This document shows, piece after piece, positions 55,977 to 64,000 of a stretch of DNA of 64,000 nucleotides. Under the pieces are notes generated by a model that was given only the letters and a program-made list of their open reading frames with translations, searched no databases and was not told the origin of the DNA. The position numbers were made by a program, and so were the translations under genes. The stretch covers positions 310,001 through 374,000 of the forward strand of contig CDRNVI010000023.1 in NCBI GenBank assembly GCA_977017575.1. Reading direction: 5' to 3'. This stretch comes from Paramoeba atlantica. Taxonomy: Eukaryota > Protista > Discosea. Within the stretch, counting starts at the first letter, position 1, and each line of letters opens with the position of its first letter.

Positions 55977-58382
55977 ATGTCGGCTAATAGCTGTTCGTTG
56001 GAAGCTGACAATCACATGTCAAACAGCGTGGAATTGCACCTCAGTTCCGCGCACAATCCATTAGACGGGTATGACCCGCACTCGAGTTCAACACCAGCTC
56101 TTTTTAGCCAACCCCACGAAATAAGTAAGTCAACGTCCAATCACCCTTTTCCAGGTGAGCACAATACCTCGCATTCTACCTCCACGACCTCAAACCCATC
56201 TCCACTGCATATCGATCCTGTTTCCGACCCCCACCTGGACCACATTTTGGAAAGTCCCACACTTCCGATCAGTGACAGCGCATACTCCCCTGTAGCGGAG
56301 CACGAACTACCGCCACAGCCTACCGATCTTCCTGTACCAGGATCCTCGCATGAAACCGATCCCTCCTTCGGCTCTCTTCCCCCTCATCCCTCTCTACCCT
56401 ATCCTCCTCCCGGGTTCTACCCCCCGTACTACGATCCCATAGAGTCCGCCAAATGGGGTACCCCCGGAACCACCGCGGAGCCAAGCGGTTTCCTATCCCA
56501 ACCCTGCCCCTTTACCGACCCCTCGGGGTTCGACCCTTCCTCCCTGTACGACCCCAACATGGGGTCCTACCCACCCCCGTTGGATCCACACTACCTGAAC
56601 CCGGAGACGGGTCTCCCGTACCCCTACCCCCCAGAGATGTACTCCGGCTCAGCGAACTGGGCCATGACGGAGGGGGTTGTGGGGTCCGTGGAATCTCCCT
56701 GGGCCGCCGGGGATGCCTATCCCCCCGTCCCCCCCATGGACATCACACCCGGGCCACCCTCCATGTTATCCCCTATGATCTCCAATACAGGGGGTTCCTC
56801 CTCCTACCTTCCCTCCCACCTACCCCAGGGAACTGTCCCGGAGCCCTACTCCCCGACGGTAAACCCCTTTTACCGTCCCAATGAATCGTTTCCCCCTCCC
56901 AGCGGTTCAGCAGAGCCGGTAGATGAAATGGAACAGATTCCTAGTAAGCCTAAAAAGAGAAGCTCGTCACCTCTTTTTGCTGCTACAGCAACAGCCCCTC
57001 CACCCACAATATTGCCTCCCCTCCCCCCTAACCTCTCCCTCCCCCACTCCGGGTCTCTTGTCCCTCGGGCGCCTCTCCTGGAGGAGAGTCCCTTTATGGA
57101 ACCACTACGTTCTCGCACCGGCGCCTCCCTGTCTCACATTAAACTCGACCAACGCTACGGTTGTAAAGGGAGTCACAAAGAAAGCTCAAACAAAAACGCG
57201 TTCAAAGAAGAAACCCAAACCCCTACCGAAACGAACACCTTCGCCAAACCCACGTTTCACGAAAAAAATGAAAACAAACCACCGCAACATGGGTTTCCTA
57301 CCGAAACCCCCCAAAACACAACTCTACCCCCACCTCTTTTGCGGGAACAAAACCTTAACCCTTTTCCTCTCTCAAAACAAACCAACCCTCCTCCTCACCA
57401 CAACCACAACAACAACAAAAGGGTTTCCCCATCGCCTCCCCCCTCTCCTCGACCCTCCCGGGACGCCCTCCCCCACTTCCTCCTCTCCCCCACCACCCCC
57501 CCCTCCCCCCCCCTCCACTTCCACGACCTCCCCCCCGGGGACCTCCTCGAGTACCACTACGACCTCAGCCTCATCCTCCACACCATCGCGACCGCCCACA
57601 CCCTCGCCCTTGTCTTCGGCCCCGAGGGTAACCCCCACGCCCTCCCCCCCCACGCCTACCTCTGGTGCGCGGACTACGCCGCGGAGGTGAGGGCGCTGGT
57701 CCCCGGGGCCGCGGTCAACGCCCGGGAGGAGGCCGTGGGGGAGGGGGACACGCTCAAGGAGGTCACGGGGGCCTTGCTGTCGCGGGTCCCCGAGATGGGG
57801 TTCCTGCGGTCCATGTCGCTGTACCAGGCGATGGCGACGCGGGTGGATCTCACGCCGCTGTACAGGGCGGTGTGTGAGATGTTCGCGGGGGGGCTGGGGA
57901 GCTACGAGGTGCAGTTCCGGGGGCTGTTCGGGGTGCCGACGAGGGTGGTGGTGAGGACGGGAGGGGGGGGGGAGGGATCGGGGGGGGGACCGAGGGTGTT
58001 TCGGGGAAAGGTGGCGTGGGAGAGCCTGCCGGAGGCCCCGGCGATGTTTAGTAATGGGAAAATGGTGGAGGAGATCGTTTCCGGGGAAAGGGATTGTGGG
58101 GTAGATAATGAGGTAGGGGTAGGGGAGGGTAGAACAGAATGGGATAGGACGGCCTCATGTGACGCGAATGTCGTGTCAAAGTCGGAAGCCAGTGCCAATG
58201 GAAAAAGCGAGGTGAGGGGTCTCCCATTGGATAAGGGAGAGAGGGGTGAGACACAGGTAAGATCCGCGTCAGTAAGACGCGGCTTAATGTCTTCGCGGAT
58301 GCGGCGGATGAGGCTCAGTCTTCTATTCGGAATGCTTTCGGTCTCGGCAATATGTTTTTGGGCACGTCGGAAGAGAAATTAG
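55977..58382 (+). CDS. Hypothetical Pro-rich protein with a possible C-terminal membrane anchor
   Basis: 801-aa ORF from ATG 55977 with a globular-looking segment near the C-terminus, ending in LSLLFGMLSVSAICFWARRKRN. Confidence 0.75.
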   Translation: MSANSCSLEADNHMSNSVELHLSSAHNPLDGYDPHSSSTPALFSQPHEISKSTSNHPFPGEHNTSHSTSTTSNPSPLHIDPVSDPHLDHILESPTLPISDSAYSPVAEHELPPQPTDLPVPGSSHETDPSFGSLPPHPSLPYPPPGFYPPYYDPIESAKWGTPGTTAEPSGFLSQPCPFTDPSGFDPSSLYDPNMGSYPPPLDPHYLNPETGLPYPYPPEMYSGSANWAMTEGVVGSVESPWAAGDAYPPVPPMDITPGPPSMLSPMISNTGGSSSYLPSHLPQGTVPEPYSPTVNPFYRPNESFPPPSGSAEPVDEMEQIPSKPKKRSSSPLFAATATAPPPTILPPLPPNLSLPHSGSLVPRAPLLEESPFMEPLRSRTGASLSHIKLDQRYGCKGSHKESSNKNAFKEETQTPTETNTFAKPTFHEKNENKPPQHGFPTETPQNTTLPPPLLREQNLNPFPLSKQTNPPPHHNHNNNKRVSPSPPPSPRPSRDALPHFLLSPTTPPSPPLHFHDLPPGDLLEYHYDLSLILHTIATAHTLALVFGPEGNPHALPPHAYLWCADYAAEVRALVPGAAVNAREEAVGEGDTLKEVTGALLSRVPEMGFLRSMSLYQAMATRVDLTPLYRAVCEMFAGGLGSYEVQFRGLFGVPTRVVVRTGGGGEGSGGGPRVFRGKVAWESLPEAPAMFSNGKMVEEIVSGERDCGVDNEVGVGEGRTEWDRTASCDANVVSKSEASANGKSEVRGLPLDKGERGETQVRSASVRRGLMSSRMRRMRLSLLFGMLSVSAICFWARRKRN

Positions 58383-58883
58383 TCTGTGAAGCACAGTCGA
58401 ATCTGTGTGGTCTCACACACTTTTATAGGTTCCAGTTAACGGGTATTTGATGACTGTTCTTTTTATGGGGCCCGGAGTACTGACTTGACATAGGATAGGG
58501 TGAGCTCTCTCTAACGTTGGAGTCATATAACAAGATGGGTTATCGTTTCAATTTTCCATCCATGAATGCGACGATTTCGCAATTCAGATCCACGTTTTCT
58601 CTTTCAAAAAGGTTTTCTTTGACATTGATAGCTGGACAGTATGCACTTATCTTTCGAAATCAACAATTGTTACCTTTTCGAAGCTTCTATACATGAAGCT
58701 TCTGTATGTGTACCGTTTCAGCTCAAGATTGATGTATGAAAGGTATTTATTTTCTTTCAATTCTCTTATTTGCATTACAGAATGGCGTTTCTTTTTTCCT
58801 AACGGTGCTGGTATCTCTCGTACTTTACAAGCGAGGATTTCGGTGAGAAGCAAAAGGTCAGTTCAGTTGGTGTGGGTTTCCAA

Positions 58884-59100
58884 AGTAAACTTCGCATCGG
58901 ATACAGTTTCTGTACCTCGTTGGTACATTACCTTAGTTCATCTTTTTTATGCCCGGAGACGGGCATACTCTTACTGTACCTAAGGTCGGAACTGTCCCTC
59001 TTTATTACTGAAGCAGGGGACGCGCTTCCACCCCTTCACGCCTCCCCGACTCGCTCCCTTGGAGTGAATGCTTCCCTCTCTTTGCTTCTTTTTCTCCTGC
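58884..59100 (+). ncRNA. Spliced-leader RNA-like locus with the downstream family core
   Basis: GATACAGTTTCTGTACCTCGTTG|GTAC (core 58903-58915), then the hairpin ATGCCCG-GAGA-CGGGCAT and the shared GGAACTGTCCCTCTT..AGCAGGGGAC core. Confidence 0.6.
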
Positions 59101-59359
59101 GATTACCGTATACCCCCCAGTAAGATACCCCGCCAGTAAGAGAGATTTGGCCCTTTTTGTGTTGACCCCCCGTAAGAGAGATTTCACTCGGGAGCCCCAC
59201 AGGAGGTGTATAGGGCGTAGGTGGTGGGTGTCCGCATGTCGGGGGCCTCGGGGGTATCCCAAATAAGCGTTTAATCACATTTCAAGAAGAAAAAATAGAA
59301 AACTTCGCTTAAAAAGTTGGGAGAAAAGAGAAAACTGGCCGAAAGAGCGTACCCCCCAG

Positions 59360-59888
59360 TAAACGGGGGTACGACTTAATGTACCGGGTACCCTTTTATA
59401 TACCGGGGGGCATAATCGCTACCCAATATACCCCCCCCTGGGCACTGTGGAAAACAAGGGGGTGGGGGGTATAAACGCTCAAAAAAAAATAGAGCGTTTA
59501 TACCCCCCACCCCCTTGTTTCCCACGGTGCCATCATGTATTGCCCCTTTTAGCCTCTTTGGTTACCGCAAAAAAACATTGGAGCTAATATATCCCCCACC
59601 CCCACGCATTATACCCCCCACCCGGTATAAACGGTGAGCGAATATACCCCCCCTTAATATACAGGGTACACTTTATTATACCCCTGTACATTAAGTCGTA
59701 CCCCCGTTTAAGAGATATTTGGCCATTTTGACCCAAAACCCATTCTCTTACTGGGGGGGATACGGCGTCTTCTTTTGTTTTTTTAAGGAAATTCTAAAAC
59801 AAATTTAGATTAAATTTTAGTACCGTACCCACTTACCGTGGACCCCCCAGTAAGAGAATGGGTTTTGGGTCAAAATGGCCAAATCTCT
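59360..59888. repeat. Cluster of nested and adjacent palindromes (foldback-like)
   Basis: Inverted repeat of about 30 bp at 59360/59710, a 40-bp-arm hairpin at 59441-59531 and an inverted repeat of about 40 bp at 59717-59759/59843-59884. Confidence 0.85.
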
Positions 59889-60146
59889 TTGACTGGGGGA
59901 GGGCAGTAGGGACCAATATTTGACGAAAATTTGTTCTTTTTTCGAAATTGCTCACAATGATTTTTCTCTTTTTCTCCACTTTTTTTGACGAATTTTTCTA
60001 TTTTTGCTTCTGAAAACGTGTTAAAATGCTAATTTAGGGTACCCCCGAGGCACCCGACATGTGGAGACCCACCCCCCTACGTCCTATGCGCATCCTCTGG
60101 GTCTCACGAACCGAATCTCTCTTACTGGGGGGGAGGGGGGGGGGGG

Positions 60147-62122
60147 GGCAGTAGGGAAAAATTGCGCTGGTTGTATAACTACCGCTCTACCCTCGATTAT
60201 TGAAAAAAATTGAACAAAAACAGTGAAAATATAAAGAGGAATACAGTAATATAATAGAAGAAAAATTTATAAAAGGGGCTCCGGTGGTTCAAAAATTTTC
60301 AAAAAAAATCGGACCCTTGAGGGGTCCAGGGGAGGGGGGCGTACCGCACGAATTTTTTTTGAAAAAATTACTTTTCGATATAAAAGCGCAGAAAGGGTAG
60401 CCGGGGTCTTGGCGCGCATTTTCCATTCCCCTACCCGGGGGTAGAAAGAGTTTTCGGATTTTTTTTTGGAAAAAATTTCAACTTGACGAAAATAATGGTA
60501 AAAAAAATATTTTTCCAAAAATATTTTTTCGCCTATTGTATTTTGATAGTTTGGGACCTATATTAGCTTTCTACGCCATTGTTTTCGCGACATGTCGCTT
60601 CTTAAAGCCGTGATACGCCTTCCAAAATGACCCACTTTTTACCAAAAAATGCGAAAATGTAATTTTCGGACCCAAAGGTGTCTTTTTGTGTCACAAGAAT
60701 GGTGTGGTTGGAGTCGCATTCTCTACCCAATACGTTTGGTAGCCTCGAATACATGCGTACGAGTGATTTCCCACACGCAAAAGTCGAAATTAGTGCTCTG
60801 AGAGCAAAAATACCCAAATATCACCCCATTTTTACCTAAAAATCGGCTATTTTTCGCTCAAATCCTTCCGTTTTCTTCAGCTTCCCTGGCCAATTTTTCT
60901 TTTTTAGGCTCTTCGTTAAACGCGGTGGTAGTTTTCAACGCGAAGCGCGCAGCATGAATGACTTCTAAGTTGAAAACAACCACCGCGTTTAACGAAGAGC
61001 CTAAAAAAGAAAAATATTTGACGAAAATTTGATTTTTTTCGAAATTGCTCACAATAATTTTTTAAACGTTTTCAAATCATTTTCGTATTCATGCAGCCAT
61101 TTTCAGCGTCTCTGAGCGCATAATTTTATTAACTTGTTGCACCATACTTCTTTAGTAACATGGCATAGTAATTCACTCTATCGAAACTTTTCCCTTGGGT
61201 AGATCACCCAGAAATCCAACACTCTGGTCGAGAGTGCAATAAGTCAGCGCGGCGAGACGTTCTTGTGGGCGCTTGAGCTCCCCTGACGATTACTTGGGAA
61301 TGATCGGTTACTTTGTTTCTTCCCGGCGATCTTAAGGAACATCCCTCTTATAATCTCTCTCTTTCGGGTGCTCGAGAGCAGTTTCGACGCTTTGATCCAC
61401 ATGAAATCAACATTTTCTTACCTGACAAACGCAGATGACTATCGCAGGACGGCAAATGCATTTCTGAGTGAATGAAGGGCACCGGGTCGCCCCGGCTGGC
61501 CGCTGGCTCCCTCAGGATGTTCCCCCTTTGGGAAGTTGCCACCCTCCTTCAAGAGTGACACAATAGGCCCTTCACAGACGTTTGGGGGTGCGAGGTCCGA
61601 ACGCCTCTACCAGTTTCTGCCGACGTGTTTAACGTTGTTTAACGACCACATCGGGTACGGGAGTTGGTTCCGTGCGGGGGGGGGCCGAGTCGGTCCCCCA
61701 GACCTCAGACCTATTCGGAGGGTCTGGGTCCCTAATGTGAGGCCGCCAGGGAAACTGGCATACCCCGGGCTTGGGCGTTTCTTGGATAGCAGCAGCTGTG
61801 TGGATCACTAATCATTGTTCTTCCTTGTGGATAGCTGACTGGTCGAATTTCTCGGAGTGTTACCGTAGACCGCCCACTATTACCGTAGGTCCCGTAAGAG
61901 AGATTTGACCCCAGTAAGCGAGATTTGGTTCGAGGGGCTGAGCGGGTGGCTGGATTGGGGATCGTGGCTGGGATGGGTGACGGTAGCTGGGCGGGCGGTG
62001 ATGTCTCTTTTAAACGCTTGAAATGGGTGTATGAACCTGCAAATGCCATAAAAACATTTAAAAGGACTTGAATCACTTTCGAAAAAAATCAATTTTTCGC
62101 CAAATATTTGTCCCTACCGTCC
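60147..62122. mobile_element. About 1-kb TIR element, copy 2 (inverted), with its end split by a hairpin-ended element
   Basis: 61011-62122 is the reverse complement of 12042-13045. The terminal GGGCAGTAGGG is displaced to 60147-60157. Confidence 0.8.
60163..61004 (+). mobile_element. Full-length hairpin-ended element, type-1 body
   Basis: 5' TGCGCTGGTTGTATAACTACCGC and large hairpin at 60904-61004. Confidence 0.85.
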
Positions 62123-62397
62123 TACTGGGGGTGAGCCTAAAAAGATCCACATCTCTCTTACTGTGGGGGGTCTCTTACTGGGGGGTCTACGGTAGTATCC
62201 GTACCCATTTTAAAAAAATGCCCCTTTTGGGGGGAAAATTTGCTTTGTCTATACCTAGTTACTATGTCTATGACCAGTTACTGTGTCGTGGGGGCACAGT
62301 AAACTGCACGGGAGTTTAGTATACCTATCAGCTATACTATTCTGGAATATGGTTTAATTTGTTCTTGGAATAATTATTTCTTGAATATAGCAATATC

Positions 62398-63120
62398 ATG
62401 CTTATCACCAAGTCTTCCGACTCACAACAAGTGAATTCTGTGAGTAGATGTACTCGTCCTTCCAAAGTACGAGGTGCTTCCTTGCCACAAGAATACGAAC
62501 TGGCGCGACTTATACAAAATGTAGAAAATCAGCATCCCTCCTGGAGTACCGCAACACCCGCTTGTGAATGGTGCTACGTAGAATGCAATCAAGAAGAAAA
62601 GGTAGAAGAAGTTTCTTGGTCGCATACGTCGTTGAGCGGTGAACTTCATCTGTCTTATCTTCCGTTTTCAGTCAAAATCTTCGACGTTTCAGACAACCAA
62701 CTCACAGGAAGCGTAGATCTTACGCATTTGCCGGAAGCAAATTGTAGATTTAATCTTTCACGAAACCGCTTTTCAGGTCAGGCAGATCTCACAAAACTAC
62801 CGAATGAAATGGAAGAACTGTATTTGATACAGAACCAGTTTTCGGGAAATGTCTGTCTCACTCAACTACCCATACATTTCCTAATTTTGGCCTTGAACGG
62901 AAATCAATTTGAAGGAACTTTGGACTTGGAACATCTTCCCATTAAAATGGAAGCTTTGTATCTTGAGGAAAATAAGTTTCGTGGAACGGTAATCTTGGAT
63001 ACATTGCCGCCAAACCTACACGATCTGTGGTTAAATGACAATACAGAGCTTTGCGGCACATTAGACAAAAAGGAGACCGGGTTTGCCAGGATTCAGAATA
63101 CGAAAATAATTGCAGAGTAA
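62398..63120 (+). CDS. Leucine-rich repeat protein (LRR-10)
   Basis: SKVRGASLPQEYEL...TPACEWCYVEC cap and regular LRR units. Confidence 0.9.
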   Translation: MLITKSSDSQQVNSVSRCTRPSKVRGASLPQEYELARLIQNVENQHPSWSTATPACEWCYVECNQEEKVEEVSWSHTSLSGELHLSYLPFSVKIFDVSDNQLTGSVDLTHLPEANCRFNLSRNRFSGQADLTKLPNEMEELYLIQNQFSGNVCLTQLPIHFLILALNGNQFEGTLDLEHLPIKMEALYLEENKFRGTVILDTLPPNLHDLWLNDNTELCGTLDKKETGFARIQNTKIIAE

Positions 63121-63546
63121 TTTTTTCACACTAATATTTGGCGGCCACAGAGTCGTTTATCTGTGGGCCCAGAATTCATTTATTTGCAGATCGATTTATT
63201 TGTGGATAATCTACTCAAGGGTCAAATCATCAATTTTTTATCCTTAATACGTAAGTACTTCCGTAAATACCCCTCCACCTGTTTCGTTCCAAATTTTTAT
63301 GAGTCATATTGTCAATATGATTGACTCAATCATTGAGTCAATTTCATGTGGTGGGATTCTCCTTTTCTTATTTTCCTTCTTTGCTTCTTAATTTTCTTTC
63401 TAAAGATTCTCCACTTTACTACTTTTCGACTATTTTATCCCCTATCCTTTTCTTCCTCTCTCTACCCACTCCTCTTCCACCCCACCCCCCTCCTTAAGAC
63501 TATAAGAATTGTATTTCTAAAGAGGTTTTTAACGAATAATACATTT

Positions 63547-64000
63547 ATGTTTATTACACAGTCTTCCGACACACCCCAAGCGAATTCTGTGAGAAGCTGT
63601 ACTCGTCCTTCCAAAGTACGAGGTGTTTCCTTGCCACAAGAATACGAACTGGCGCGACTTATACAAAATGTAGAAACTCAACATCCCTCCTGGAGTACCG
63701 CAACACCCGCTTGTCAATGGCACCGTGTAAAATGCAATCAAGAAAAAAAGGTTAGCGAAATTTCTTGGTCGCATAGCTCGCTGAGTGGTGAACTTCATCT
63801 GTCTTGTCTTCCGCTTTCCACTACATTATTTAGCGTTGCAGACAACAAGCTCACAGGAAGCGTAGATCTTACGCATTTGCCGGAAGTAATGCATAGACTC
63901 AATCTTTCACGAAACCGCTTCTCGGGCCATCCAGATCTCACAAGACTACCGCACAAAATGGAAGAATTGGAAGGGGACGCACTTCGCACTCTTCACCCCT
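63547..64000 (+). CDS. LRR protein (LRR-11), tandem paralogue of LRR-10, partial and probably interrupted near 63970
   Basis: Open from ATG 63547 to the window end and collinear with LRR-10 until ATGGAAGAATTG. It then switches to a sequence resembling the SL-element core. Confidence 0.75.
   Translation, partial: MFITQSSDTPQANSVRSCTRPSKVRGVSLPQEYELARLIQNVETQHPSWSTATPACQWHRVKCNQEKKVSEISWSHSSLSGELHLSCLPLSTTLFSVADNKLTGSVDLTHLPEVMHRLNLSRNRFSGHPDLTRLPHKMEELEGDALRTLHP

Noticed and set aside
2023-61052. Recurrent short ORFs containing VVFNLEVTHAARFALKTTT or similar
   Set aside because: They are translations of the 101-bp hairpin and element bodies. Their frames, starts and stops differ between copies.

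Overview
Intron-less eukaryotic DNA, very dense in transposable elements. It is most likely from a kinetoplastid, possibly a Prokinetoplastina/Perkinsela-like lineage (inference). The evidence is: (1) every recognisable host gene is on the + strand, as in a polycistronic unit; (2) a 5-kb helicase gene has no introns; (3) two loci carry the conserved kinetoplastid spliced-leader (SL) core ACAGTTTCTGTAC followed by TTG|GTA; (4) a tyrosine-recombinase retroelement has the YR-RT-RNase H order of VIPER/TATE. Host genes are a DEAH-box helicase split at a G-run, a SET-domain protein, a BTB/KCTD protein, four hypothetical genes and 11 short LRR paralogues. The intergenic DNA is a mosaic of Tc1/IS630 transposase remnants, several MITE families and an asymmetric hairpin-ended element family (Helentron/HINE-like, with 11 copies of a 101-bp terminal hairpin). 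The most novel signal is a dispersed, structured element that begins with an SL exon-like sequence and a 5' splice site. It has five copies or fragments here, and two of them interrupt LRR genes. The second strongest signal is the repeated placement of the 101-bp hairpins beside LRR genes. No CRISPR array or rRNA is present. All calls are from manual inspection; no searches were run.
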